Source of the DNA: Lingula anatina
Taxonomy: Eukaryota; Animalia; Brachiopoda
DNA: 64,000 nt
Assembly: GCA_051362555.1 (NCBI GenBank)
Contig: CM120642.1
Coordinates: 19,282,001 to 19,346,000 of the forward strand
Direction: 5' to 3'
Below are positions 24,349 through 38,459 of the stretch, one piece after another; the stretch's first letter is position 1; each line of letters begins with the position of its first letter. The notes under the pieces were generated by a model. The model did not search any database. It was not told the DNA's origin and saw nothing but the letters and a program-made list of their open reading frames with translations. A program made the position numbers and the translations under genes.

Positions 24349-25927
24349 GGGGGCAATGTAGGTTAGAGATTTTCTCTTAAAGTAAAGGTCTTAGCTTTTC
24401 TATTCCTGTCATATTCATTTAATGTATCTTCAAAACATCTAAGTATGCTTGAAACACAGCTCCAACTTCATATTGTGTCGTAATATTGGGATTTTGGGGA
24501 CAAAAACACCATTTTTTAGCACCTGATTTTCTCAGGCACCTGGACAGCTATAAACATGCTTTTAATGGTATTATAACACTTGAACAAACTACTACGAAAG
24601 GGTGTCAGGGATTTTTTTTTAGAGACTTATTATTGATTTTATCTATTAAAACGTGAAATGACATCAAAATATTAAGGAATTTTCACTTTCAAAGTCAATA
24701 AATTGAAAAAGAGAACATCAATCAAAAATTTTTAAAGGCACTTTTAGTGCATACTTTTCTTAATTAGCATGGTGATTTTGGTCTCCCTCAGGTGTACAGG
24801 TAGACGGTTATAGCTCGCTCCGATAACGCTATCTCGTCAATCTTGAAAGCAAAGAAAACGAGCAAAAACCCTTTCAGGGAGGTTAATTGTCCAAAATAGC
24901 AAATTAAATTGTTGACAGCTTTAGCTGTTATCGTTCTGACGATCGCGAAGGTGGGTTCTCTATTGCCGGTTGAAATTAACTTATTTGCATGCGTTTAGAT
25001 GTCAGAAAATCTTATTTTGTATCAATCTCTCCTCCTGTTAGTAACTTCAAGGGGTCGCCGCTAGCAATGCCAGAATGATTGACAGGCAATCAAGTAAGCT
25101 CTAACTACTCAACCAATCACGTCAATTGACGTCGGGGCAAGTGTTAAGGATGCGCTCTAGGATGTGCACACAATAGCACCATCGCAGGCGGTCTTGTCCA
25201 CATTCGCCGAGCAAATAATAGTTCGAAAAGATGGTCGTGTTACAGGACGCCGATCGGACAATCAACAACAAGAAATAGATGCAACCAGAAAGGCTTTCTT
25301 AGAGGAAATGTCTAAAGGTGCGTGAGTCAGGAAAAATTCTGCGATAATTGTTGAAAAAAAGCACCATGTCGGCCTTGAAAATGCGTACATGCATCCAGAA
25401 CTGTACCTCGCGGTATACCAGCATTTACGCTCAAAATGCTAGGATTTGTTCTCCAGCTCATATCTTATTACTTAACAAGAAAATCGTAAGAGCGCGTGTA
25501 ACAACAAGAAGTTCAAGGGAGAACGCGTATAAATCCAATGTGTCGGAAAAGATCCGTCTTAGCGCTGATCACAATCAAGAGCGACTATCAAAACAGCTTA
25601 AGCGGAACAATAGGCAATGCTTTGCCGATCGCTGTTTATGACAAAGGGGGTACGGCGCATCCCTGTTCTATTGTTTCTCTAGTCGTGCTGATGCTGCTAA
25701 GGTCCGCCCAACGAGTGTACTCATACCAACGGCCCTTGACAACGAAGGCGGGGCATAGACCAGGTCACCGGTGCCTATGTGTGCAGCATCAGAATCCTCA
25801 TAAAAACATTATTTGTTCAAAATGTAAACATCTTATTCTGTTAAAAGTTAGATACACATTAACCAATAATTAGACATAAAAAAACCCAAAATGACGATTT
25901 TTAGCCATATTTGGGTACATTGCCCCC
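24349..25927. mobile_element. Non-autonomous TIR DNA transposon, probably PIF/Harbinger
   Basis: TIR GGGGGCAATGTA...TACATTGCCCCC with TTA/TAA flanks; no transposase ORF. Confidence 0.7.
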
Positions 25928-28900
25928 TAAACACCTTTCTATTTTGAGGTGAGATAGCAATCGGAATGGGGCGTAATTCCATCCCTGAGTAAGATTTAAT
26001 CACGAAAATTGGCGGAATTGACCACGAATTTATAGGCTAAAATCCCATGCCGTCATTATGGTTTAAATGTTTTTGTTATAGAATTACATGTATGAGCCCC
26101 AATTTCCCGGTAACGATAAAATCTGAATTGATGATTTTAAGAAAAAAATGCTGCCAGGGTTTTGGAGAAAATTAAAAAGGCTGAAGTTAAATCGGTTAAA
26201 ACGGTAATCGTTGTTGCTCATGTAAAGGACAAATTTGAGAAACCAATTTTTCAGTTTTTTTCCCCAAAATTACAATTAAGATGACACGTGTAAAAATTAA
26301 CTAATTTCGTCTCTGAAGACTTATCTATTACCCGAAAGAATGTTTGTAGGGCAGTAAAAAAGGAGTTTGGGGCGAAGGGTGACAATATCAAAGGCGATGT
26401 CAAAGCCACCCTTGCAACATTTGCTGCAGTCTGGGCAAAAGTCACTTTTTTTAAATATAACCCTTCTTATCCCATAACCAGATAGTCCTCTAATAACGAA
26501 GACTTAGGCAGCGTGACTATGGTTTTTAGCTTCATTTCAGTGAAAAGCGTTTCGTTACACCTTTTATTTTGTATCTAGATGACCCTCTAGGAGTCAAAAC
26601 TCAGTCAAAACTGAGTCTTCTTAGTCCCATATCTGTGAAAGCTGTCGAAACACGATTACGCTACATACTAAGTATCGATGATGAGTTATCAAAGAACAAC
26701 TGAAGTGATGTTTTGGATGTAACGTAGTCAGAAATGGATAATTTTATGACAATGTTGTATGGATAGACAGTGACATTAACATTATAAACCGAATCAAATG
26801 TGAGAAATAGTTCGTATTGCAAAGCTTTTTCAGTGCCTTTTGTATCATTAAGGGAATAATTTTGCTAAGTATTGCATGGAGGCAAGAGAGAGTGAAAAAA
26901 TTCCTTAATTTAATTTTAGATGTATCATATTGAGTAACATTATGCTTTAGGTGGAACCTTGCACTTCTCGTTTTAGTGAACTCTTGTACATGATTTGTAA
27001 CGATACTTACGAAGCATACACACACAAACACACACACACATATATATTTCGCCCTTGTCTTATTTAGTTTCTTAACAAAATAATTAACGGACTTCGGTTA
27101 CACTGAGTGTTTTCTCAATTTTTAATTTTCTCGAGTTTCGTGAAAATAAAATATATATAGAAAGAAAGTGGCACTTTGCATGCATGGTAATTGTTGTTTT
27201 GACTTATCAGAACATTATGATAATAATATTGTATATTTTGTGAAGATATAAGGTGTTGGTAGGAAGGAACTTTTAGTGAGTGGGGGGGGGGGGGGGGGGA
27301 GCAAGCAGGAAAAAAAGGAGCGACATGGGATGGGGGAGAAAGGGGGTAATGACAAAAAGAGTAATATATCAATGATTAATTTAACTATACGTTTGGTTCA
27401 AAACGGTCCCCTGGCCGCTGACGTGCTTGGAAAAGGAAGAGACCGAATTCCCGGCTCCAGCACAAATTTCGTCTTACAATAGATTTTTTTGAAATATACC
27501 AGAGGTGCATCGAATATATACGATTGTAATTTATTAAGTATCTGTAAGAAAAACTCTATCCTAAGTGAATTACATTTCACCTTACATTCACTACACTGGC
27601 CATAGCCTCCAGATCAACACAGTTTCAACTCCATGGCTTCTGTAATATCCATGTGACCCTCAGTTGAAAACACATAATCACTTTTAAGTATTCACGGTAT
27701 ATATGTTCTTCTTTATCTGAAAGAATTACTCTCAAGATTACCATGGTCATAAAAGAGAGTACAAGATTCACATTTTGGTCTGACAACAAAATTACTCCAC
27801 TGAAGACTTTTTCTTCTTGTTACCATTCTGTCTGTCATTCAACTATACTGTTTCAAACTAATGTAACGCCAATACAATCATCCAGTACAATTAACAAAAA
27901 CAACAGAACAAATAATAATAATAATAATAATGCCACAAAAAATACGAGAGTAAATTATACTCAACCTCTACCAAACATTCATTTATTTGAAATTAAAGGA
28001 ATATGAGTTAGTGATGTTTCTTAATTTAACATTTTAGGAGTTTTGTTTACTAACCTCAATGTTAATAATTCCATTGGAGCATATAGAAAAAACGACCGCT
28101 GTCATAAGGACTGACCCGTCACTTTAAGCGAAAATCAACCCTTATATATTTTGTTATAGGCAAAAAACAAGTGATAATGATTGGTAAGTACGAGAAAATT
28201 GTTCATTTACCCGGGAAAATCCATTCGGTGTGGGGTGTACCCTTAACTTTCTGTAGGATTAGGAGCAATTTAGTTGTTTCTCTAAATTTTCTAAAGATAG
28301 CTTTGCATTATCCTATGTAATGGTTTTGTGAAGTGACAGGATTTGATTTTACCAGGGCAATGGCACTAAATAATTAAACAAGGGAATACCTGTAAAATTC
28401 AAAGTGCCCTTGACCGAATGGGATCTTTTATATTGCACTGCTCCTTGTTTTACCTAGGGTAACACACAGGGCAATTGTATTCCACAACAGGGCAAATTAT
28501 AAATTGATGCACCTTCACATGACCTGATGAGGTCAGATTGACACGTTAAAGTTGGCGTAGATAAAACACTTGTGTGCATGAATTTTATAGATGTATTCAA
28601 CGCGTTCAGAACAATTAAGGTTGTTAGTAATAAAAACAGAACGGTTAGTAATGAAAACATCACAATAGGTACACGTCAGAAAAAAAATATTTGAAGGGTT
28701 AAATCATTTAATGGCGTATGTGAGGTTTCATAATAAGCTGTGGATGGCATTGGCAAAAATAAGCAATTTGGGTATTTTCTAACCCATGGAATGTTGCATA
28801 ACACTCAACACTTACTCTTTTCTTAAAATAGCTTTTAGGGGCTTTTGCTTATCTTAATCTTATTGCATACATCTTTTCTTTTTCAATTTTTAATTACACA

Positions 28901-29154
28901 TATTTGTATAACTTCTGTCTTCTGGTGGATCTTTCTCTAAATATATATTATCTATATTAAGTTATTAAAAACCTACATTTTTTACTCATTTTCACGTTAG
29001 GTGTATTTCAAAAATTTGGATTACAGTACTCTGGTATCTGAAATGCACACACCCTATAATTTGCATGTCCACAAGCATTTTATCGGCAACCATAGATCAT
29101 CATGTCATAGATACAATTAAACATTTACAACGTTAACTTTACTGCATTTCACAT

Positions 29155-30107
29155 CTATATAGCTAGTGAGACCAATACAAAAAACATCAGTGAAGACATC
29201 AACAGTCCGCATACCCCCAGAGACAAAAGCTGCCCCCTGCTGGATGGTGTACGGTCGGTTACTCCAGGGAACAGCAATCCTGTTGGTGTTTTTCGATTAG
29301 ACTTGCGGTCAGTGTGCACTGGGCAAGGTGAGATCTTCGCGCGATCAAGTACCTCTATCAGAAAATCTATACCATTGTAAGTGTAAGTCGGCATTCTCTC
29401 GGCAAATTTATCTTGCATTACTGACAAAAAAGGCAATCCATCTTTGTACGTTTTTACTGTTCCCCGTAACAACAATCCAAAGTCTCCTACAACAGGACCG
29501 TATTCTCTTGCTTCAGGCTGATCACGGTTCGAGCTGTTCACTGTGCGACAGCTGTGATATATCCTTCTCCTTACCTCCCAGACGTCCCGAAATTCATTGT
29601 CCATGTGTATCTCTCCAAATGATAAACGTTTGCCAAAATCTTTGCAGGCTCTAATGGTCTCATTCATGTTAACTTTTAAGTTTTTGGGTGTCTTAAAAAG
29701 CAAGGTGAGTGTGTATGCCGCCTTGAACATGTGGGTGAATAGTGACGGGCACGGGTCCGACTCTTCCTCGCCTGGGCAGCGTTCCTGGATTAAAAAAGAA
29801 GCCAATTACTTCCTTTACCACCAAGATCAGACAATGATTAACAATGTATAAACGCTTTTGGTATTTATTAATCGGCTAAGAAATTTAAGATTTAAGTTAT
29901 TAATTTTTTTCACCAATATCAGAGAAACCGCACAAAGCGTTTGCATAAGTTTTCCTCAGTTTCAGAAAGGTGCTATTTTGTATCAGTCAAACTTATTGGT
30001 AAAAGTTAACGACGTTGATGCAACCCGAGAAAAGATATCTTTCTGTTCCCTATTTGAGAGACCGAGAAATTTCCCCTGTGCCACAACTCGTATGAAAGTT
30101 TCAATTT

Positions 30108-30154
<47 letters not shown>

Positions 30155-30245
30155 AGTCTTGCGACCGGCCATATTATGAAGAACTCATTTTTTTTTTCAC
30201 ATTCGATGCTGTTTTTACATGATCTAAATCGCCTTCGCTGTTTGA

Positions 30246-30291
<46 letters not shown>

Positions 30292-32236
30292 ACCGTTAAA
30301 TTAAGTTGCTATGCAAAAGCCAAATAAATTCTGTTTTCCGATTTACGGATATTTGCTGTTTGTTAAACAATTTCGTAAATATGTCTTGGCTTATCAAGTA
30401 GTCTGTACTAACAATAGCCTCTCCTTACCATAATAGTATGAACCTTGTTTGCCGTACAGGAATCTGGTATTGCAGGTGCAAATATATCCACCAAGGCGCG
30501 AAATCCAAAGGGGCTGAAACTCAGCCCTTCCTCTGGAATAGCATACATAAAAGTCAATGTCAATTTCGGGTAATCAGTTTCATCAAACGAAAATTAAGGT
30601 ATACGTATATTGTATGATATTAAGCTGTTTTCATTCCCAGTATATCTTAACTGTTAGAAGGATATGAAATATATTTGCGAGTAAAACCCAGGCAGAGTGC
30701 TCCGGTAAACCATGTCATCCTAAAAATAATATTCAAAGCCCCACCGTGTTCAGTGATTGCTTTTATATGATCTTATTTAAAATAATATTATCATTATTAA
30801 TGCTATTATTATTTACAAGCTCTTGGCGTAATCCAACCATGGGGTTGCATGTTATTATTTTTACGAAGACAATCGCCATTTTTGTCAACATAAGAAAATC
30901 TTAGAAAATGAGCGTTCATGTATGCGTAAAGGTAAACTAATGTCAGGGGGTTAACTTAATTGTAGCCAAACATGTTTCCAAACGTGCGATGATATCGATA
31001 TGCGCGTGCGGCCGACAAATACAGTGCAGCAAATCGACCCCCCCCCCCCCAACCTGGGAGGACCGCCCTTTGGGCCAAAGTAAATGCAATAACGACATAT
31101 ATTGATTGGATAATTAGATAGTAAAGCCGCTTATATTCGAGATTCTAATTACCATTATCCTGTGTGATCTCCTCTGGGCATTGAAGAATTGTTGGTTTCT
31201 TCGTATATTGGCAAATCCAACAGAAGTGATTTTTGTAATAATTTATCTGCGTTGACCGAATAAAATACCCCACCTCTTGCGTGATAGGCAAACTGTGACC
31301 CCTTTCGCAAAGGTTCCGATAAGGGTTTCCCTCCTGACAATATCTTCCGCTTCGATACCATTTATACCCTCTAACATGAGTGCCATCCTTGATGCACGGC
31401 CTACCGACGATACCTTTCGGTTCTTCAAAATACAGCTGGCAATCGTGAGAGTCATGGACAAGATGGAAAATGTCAGATGTGTTTCTGCTGTCTGCAAAGA
31501 AGTCACTAGAACTCTCAGGACAAATGACGAACGCTGGCCATGTTCTGTATGACGTCACACCATGACAAAAAGCACAGAATGAGTTTCTAAAGGTAAGTCC
31601 GGTAACGGAATCTGAAACCGGTAAAACAGTCATTCCGTCTTCGTCTGTGGCGTTCGGTCTTTCACAGGCCGAGCGAATTATCACGTCCGACCAACCATTT
31701 GGACATGCGGAAACCATCCAGAAATGCCTGCGTTTTTGTCCCCAAGGACTAATCGTGTCTTTTGTCATCTGCGATGCACAGGTGACGTCATCAAGGTCTT
31801 AAGTTATTGTATTCGCTGACGTTGATGAAAATTTGGAATCCAACTGATGTGTATGGCTGCAGGTAATGTTTACGGCGGAACAACAGTCACCAAAGATGTT
31901 GCAATACTCATCACAGTAACATGCTATATTAACAACAGACTTTAGACTGTTCCCATCGTAGATACAAAATTTTTCACCTGCAGTCACCTGACTCCAATAA
32001 TTCGGTGCCGTGGCAGTCGCATTTTCGAGAGGAACGGTGCTAGTTTCAGGTCTTTGGTTGGAGAACGTGGAAATATCGCTCAAATTGGCTTCACGTGTCA
32101 AAATAGCTCTGGTAGTTGCCGGCCGTCCTGGGTCACTGCACGGACTGTCGAAACACCTACTGCCTTCTCGCTGACAAATCACGGAGGCCAGGAAAAGTGA
32201 GTGCATCACTATTGCTATTGCCGCCCCCTGTAACAT
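29155..32236 (-). pseudogene. Copy 2 of the Cys-rich surface protein; chimeric, premature stop; join(32236..31153, 30532..30429, 29784..29155)
   Basis: Same exon structure. The TTA(Leu) codon of copy 1 is TAA at 31799-31801, splitting the large exon into two same-frame ORFs (31799..32317 and 31145..31768). The middle exon has an in-frame 3-nt deletion (104 nt). Confidence 0.85.
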
Positions 32237-33060
32237 TGCGTACTTGCTTGTAGCGCTGACCTTTATTGAGAAAAGAAAATACACAGCAATATGAAATACA
32301 TTAGTAAAAATACACATACATGTAGTATTTAATTACGTATAGCTGACGTGAAGTACTCCTTAACGTTACTCACCTTTATTAATAAATTTCACGCCTGGGT
32401 TTATTCTTTCCTGTGTTAGCTGCCACTATAAGTGAGTATTTTAGAATGTATATCTTAAAATGGTGACAGAACAATTCACTAGTTTACTTTAAACACCAAA
32501 CATCTAAAACAAATATCATTACCTCCGCCAAGGAGGTTATGTTTTCACCCCTGTTTGTTTGTTTGTTTGTTTGTCTGTCTGTCATCAACATAACTCAGAA
32601 AGTTTTAATGAAATTTTCCGGAACTGTCAGAAGTGGGCCAAGGAACAGATGATTAGTTTTTGGTGGTGAACCGGATCAATAATCAACCAATAATGAACAA
32701 TTTCTTTCTTTGTTTGTTTGTATGTTTGTCTGGTAGGTAATACGTGTGTAAACTTCAACATGTTTAGAAAACCCATGGGAATTGATAACTTTCAACTACG
32801 TATATGCCACATATATTGCCCATTATAAAATAACTTTTGGTTAAATAATTAATTGTCAACACTTTTGTCACCCGTATAATACATATCTTATGTAGACCGA
32901 GTTTGTGTCCTTGGATATTTGGATAAAATCCAAGATAATCGCCATTCGTCAGAGGAATACGTAGGTTTCAACTACTGCCAAAATATAGTGTCAGTAAAAA
33001 AAATGACATAAAGGTTGTGAGTATATTTTGCAATATTTTTCACACCCATATTATCCCTAT

Positions 33061-35708
33061 TATTGTACCACCAGCGTAGGCGCTGGCGGTACACATGGTT
33101 TTAGTCCCGTCCGGATCGTTCCGCCGGCTCCGCCGCCATGTTACCGTTACCGCTTCTCCTCCTAGACGGTAAGGGCCTCTGTACCCATCTCTTGGATTTA
33201 GGTCACCTATAATCTCAACTCGTTCCACGTAAAATTGGGGCTTTGTCGGTGCTGGGGTCTAGGTGTGGCACTCATTGCAATGCACCCTTGTCCAAAAATG
33301 GAAAATTAAATGCTAATTATCTACCCTACGGAAGGAATTATGGGAAAAATTTCTACAGACAGCTATCCGAAAGTCATATGTGGAGATTTCAACTTTGACC
33401 TTCATTTCAAGGTCAAGCGAGCCAAAATTTGAAAAAAAAAAAAAAAACGATTTTTTTTTCGTTAAAAAAAAATATTTGCGCTGATATTCAGAAACTAAAC
33501 AGACTTAACCAATAATATTGTTGGAAAATGTTACCCTATGGGTCATCTTTCATCTCCGTGAATTTGGGGTCAATCAGTGCATTTTCACAGGAGTAGCGGC
33601 CATAAGATACCGAAACTGAAAACTGTCTGTAATTCGGGAACCGTTAATGCTAGAGACCCATTCTTTTTTGCATTTTGTAGAGCATGTAAAGCCCAACACT
33701 GGAAGTGGTCTCCCTTTTTTTTGTATTCCATACGGTTTTCGAGTTATGCTGTATCAAAAAGTACATTGTGGTGGTGAAAGCAAAATGTGCAATACGGTAA
33801 TGGATAACAAATTTTGAACTCCGGAAAAATAAAACATAAGGCTTGGCGAGGCAGACAACTTCTGGTCAAAAATGACATTATTTCATGAAATTTGAACATC
33901 TGGAACTTCTGAGCACCTCCCATTTCAAGAATTTCAACCAAAATGACCTTTTCTTTATTTTAATAACTTTTTCTGTAGAAACTTTATGGCACATTATTGT
34001 AACTCCAAAATTGTAACATTTAGTCCCTTATATCTCCAAAACTGGCAGAGATAGGTCCATAGTTACTATTAAAGTTGAATAGGAAGTCACATACTGGCAA
34101 TTTAACTGTGACCTTGAAATTGACCGTTGACCTTCTTTTCACCATGAACTGAACTTTGCAACATTTAAGTCCCTTATATCTCCAAAACTGGCAAAAATAG
34201 GTCCATAGTTGCTATTGAACTTGAATAGGAAGTCATATACTGGCATTCTAACTGTGACCTTAAAATTGACCTTTGATCTTCTTTTCACCATTAACTGAAC
34301 TTTGCAAATTTCCGTTCCCTTTTATCTCCAAAACTGGCAAAAATAGGTCCATAGTTGCTATTGAACTTGAATAAAAAGTCATATACTGGCAATCTAAGTT
34401 TGACCTTGAATTTGATCTTTGACCTACTTTTCATCATGAATTGAATTTTGCAAATTTTGGTTCCCTTTTATCTCCAAATCTGGCAGAGATAGGTCCATAG
34501 TTACTACTGAACTTGAATAGGAAATCTTATATTCTCATTCGCTTACGCTTAAACGTATATAAATTATATATCGTCTAATAACTCTCAACGAATAAAACCA
34601 CTTCATCTTCAAACACCAAATCATTTATTTATAAATAGGAATGAGTCGATGTGCCTCTGCCTGTGTACAGACGATACAATATTACATACAAACTTTTGCT
34701 CCGTCACCAGTTACATTTCCCGCATAGCCTAATTCCAATTCCGGTATAGTTCGTACTTACATGAATCTGATAATTTTATAACGCATAATCAAACCCCATC
34801 TTTATACAAATGTTTTTTTATACAAAAACATTTATTTGGAATAAACTGGAATGTCTGTACATTAGCGTAGCTCGACTTCGAATGATCGTTTCCCTTCCTC
34901 ACGTGATCTGTTCACCTTTTGAATACAGCGCCCCCTGTACCTCCTAATGACCTTTCTACTAAGACACGTCATCGTTGAGCCGTTATACGACAATAAATAC
35001 ATATATACTGGCAATATACTGTGACCATAAAATTGACCTTTGGCCTATTTTTTACCATCAACTGAACTTTGCAAATTTTCGTTCCCTTTTATCTCTTAAA
35101 CTGCTAGAGATAGGTCCATAGTTACTATTGAACTTGAATAGGAAGTAATACACTGGCAATCTAACTGTGACCTCGAAATTGACCTTTGACCTACTTTTTT
35201 TATGATGAACTGCTTTTTGCATGTTTTCTGGCTTTAAATCTGCAAAATTGACAATGAAATGCCCATGGTTATTATTGAACTTGAATAGAAATTCATATAC
35301 TATGATATTGAAAATGACCTTTGACCTACTTTTTCACCATGAACTGAGCTTTGTATATTTTCTTGCCCCTCATATCTTCAAAACTGGCAGAGATATGCCC
35401 GGTGTTGTCCCTAGGTTTTATCTTTTGTCAGCATATATGCACCACTGACAACACATGTCAAGGAAAACCAGGAGTGATCAGTGGTAGGAAAATGCAGGTC
35501 AATTCAAAAATCTGCTTGATTGTACCATTTTTAGTTATATTTTTTTTGCATATTTGGAGAACTCTTGTTGATTGCATTTTATAGATCTTGTCAAGCACAA
35601 GACTGGTGGTGGTGTCCCTTTTTTTTTTTTTTTTTTTTTTTGGGGGGGGGGGGGCATACGAATGCGCTTACTCCAGCTGGCGGTCATCGCCTCTCTGATC
35701 CTCTAGTT
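33061..35708 (+). mobile_element. Long HINE-like element carrying a ~145-bp tandem array (5'-deleted paralog at ~10268-11667)
   Basis: 5' hairpin CCAGCG-TAGG-CGCTGG, the motif GCTGGCGGT repeated near the 3' end, and a CTAGTTT end. It sits in a T-rich site that is empty upstream of copy 3 (~61043). Confidence 0.65.
34528..35003. mobile_element. ~475-bp insertion nested in the 145-bp array
   Basis: Interrupts GGAAATCATATACTGGC (intact at ~10951 in unit A) at a TA-rich site; class unknown. Confidence 0.55.
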
Positions 35709-36736
35709 TATATCTGATGTGTAACAAGTGTGTATCCTTGAGTTTTATGCGAAAATGAAAGATCGCTCTTATTAGCGATAGGAATACTTGTAAATCAGAT
35801 TTCAGCTGCTACCAGAGAAACATAGAATTGGGTGAAGAATGTGTTCCTCACTATTATTCACAACCTAATTAATTCTTAAATGAAAATTATCAAACACAAG
35901 CCGAAATATTTTAATACCGGGGAGATGGTCTTCATCAGACTGATGTGAGTAGATGTTGACACTTACTGACCGCTAGGTGATATAGCGGCCAGGACCCTCT
36001 TATAAATGTCAGGTAGATCGACCCCCGTCCCTATTCATGGGTGGCTGGTGACGGCTGATGTTGATGTTTATAAGAACTCAAATAATAAAGTCAACTTTAG
36101 AAAATTCACCGTGACTTGGAGACGCACTATCCCGATATTGTACATGCATGATCATGACAGTTTCCTCGGACACCGCACAATATGATACAAATAAATGTAT
36201 GAACAAATGTCATCATATACTTGTGTTTATACATGTATATAGGGGTACATGGTATGCCCAAAAGTAAAGTATACAGCTGCATGGCTTGATTGGTGTAGTT
36301 AAAACAGGGGAAATCATTACAATAACCTTTGTACCCAGCTCTCATTTACATTGAGTTTCATTTAATATGCAATGTATACCTAAAACTTAATTTACCTAAT
36401 CTGTTAGAAACTGTTTGGTCGTTTCCAATGCAGCACTTACAAATAGTAAAAATATCGGGGCCTACAAACTTAGTTTTTGTCCCGAGTTGCCCATCATTAA
36501 CACTTCCTCCACTCTACTTAACGCTATATAAAAAACGAAATACGTATTTTGGGAGTTTTTGGATATAATTTGAGGTCAGATTACGGTGTTGCAAAAGATC
36601 TGGCACCTAGCATTCAGATCAAAAATGTTGAAGCACAAATGCTAAATTCACATTGCGTGAGCGCATAGCCCTGGCTGACATACAAGCAAACTCAGCTGTT
36701 CCTGAGTATTTTGTTACTGCTCATATTTTGCTAGTG

Positions 36737-36737
36737 C

Positions 36738-36789
<52 letters not shown>

Positions 36790-36812
36790 TATTATTATTA
36801 TAATTATTATTA
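36737..36812. repeat. (TAA)n(TTA)n microsatellite (shorter paralog ~12696-12733)
   Basis: Read directly; self-complementary arrangement; length differs between units. Confidence 0.9.
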
Positions 36813-37833
36813 TTTTAATTATAAGTCTTATATCCGTTATAAAAGCGTTAAGTTGATTTCAGAAGATACATGCAATAATTAAGAAATATAAGTAAATTGT
36901 TAACATTTTATTTATTTGAGCTAAACATACTACAGTCTTGACATTTTATATGAAATATTTCGGCTCCAAAGGTATGCCTAGGTAAAAATGCATTATTTTT
37001 TCCCAATCTATTATCAGATATGTGAATGGATAATTGTGTAGTCAGGCGTGTTGCTATGAATAAACTTACTACCATATCTGTTGCACTGCTGCATTTTGTA
37101 ATAAGCAGTGATTTAATTGGGTAATGCTCATTTGGGCTGTCAAAGAAGTATCCATATGTCCGCAACTACTGCACAGAATAATTTAAAAATTTTGCACGTG
37201 AGTGGTCGGTTGTGCAGTGCGTAAAATGAGCTCAGCAGTGTTTTACAAAATCAGTATGTGGCGCGAGAAAGACAAACATTGCCAGACAGGTCATTGTGCC
37301 AAACGGGCCGGTCCGGACAGTTTTTTAAAGTTACGCCCAGACTCCTGTACCTAGACAGAGATCACACCCAATGTATCGAAATCTTACTACCAGTGTACAG
37401 GACTCAATGTCCTTTCAGATATGCTGCTGCAACTAAACTAAAACCATCCATACCGTTCAGTATGAGGGACAAATTGCCACTAGAACGCGTTTTTCAAGGA
37501 CCTTTCCGAACACCAGACTGGTTTTAGCAGACGACCTCTGGGGAAGCAACTGTTAACAGCAAAACTTCGTCTTCTGTTTCTCTAAGACCATAACCGTTTC
37601 TGGGTCGCGTCGGTCGAACACTAAAACCCGGTGGCTTTCTTTATTGAGGTCAGATTTGACATATACCGCTCAATTAGTCAAAAACGATTTTACAGACATC
37701 CAGAATAGGCCTACGACTAAACAGTATTTGGCGTGGATACCACATTGGTGCCAAACACCACTGGTAGGCATCAATGAGAACCTAAACCATATCAAGGAAC
37801 CACTTGAATATCATTTGATAGGGGGCTATTTTA

Positions 37834-38459
37834 AGGCCCCGTCACGCTTATTCGGAATCAGCAAGAATCAAGCAGAACCAGCCGGAATGGAGAATTTTCA
37901 AAATTCGTACTACGTTCGTGAAGAGATTTCAAATTGATCTAAATTCTTGTAAGAATGCCGTTGGAATATTCAGAATGCGCTTGAATCTGCCTGGAATTAT
38001 TCGTGCACACTTCGGCTGTATTAGCTCTCAAATGCAGCTCGAGTGTAGTTGGAAAACTAGGAATATCGATAATGGTGTCAGAATGAAGTCAGAATATTTA
38101 GAATACACTTTGAACACGAGTACGAGTGTAGTTTGATTGCTGGCTGAAATGAGATTTCGGCAACCATCGAGATGCATTCGAGTTGCATTCCCGCTCACTC
38201 TAGTAGGATTTGAACTGACTTGCCATTTTGGTTCTCCCTCGAACGCGATCAGAATGTTTCGAATGCTGTCGGAATGCCCTAAGAATATTTAGATTGCACT
38301 CACTGTGCAGTTAGAACACACTTAGAATGCCATTCGATATTTCTCCACTTGGAAATACACTTCGAAAGTTTAAAAATATTTGGAATGCACTCAGAAATTT
38401 TAGAATGCTCCAGGAACGTACAAAGAATTGCTCATTCCGCCACTAGTGTGACGGGGCCT
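37834..38459. mobile_element. PIF/Harbinger MITE (unit B copy)
   Basis: AGGCCCCGTCACGCT...AGTGTGACGGGGCCT with TTA on both sides. Confidence 0.8.

Noticed and set aside
25348-25873. ORFs inside the TIR element as a transposase
   Set aside because: Short, non-ATG starts and no DDE or Myb-like motifs; their recurrence in unit B only reflects the duplication.
31145-32317. Frameshift in copy 2
   Set aside because: Both ORFs are in the same frame and alignment with copy 1 shows no indel; the lesion is a point nonsense change.
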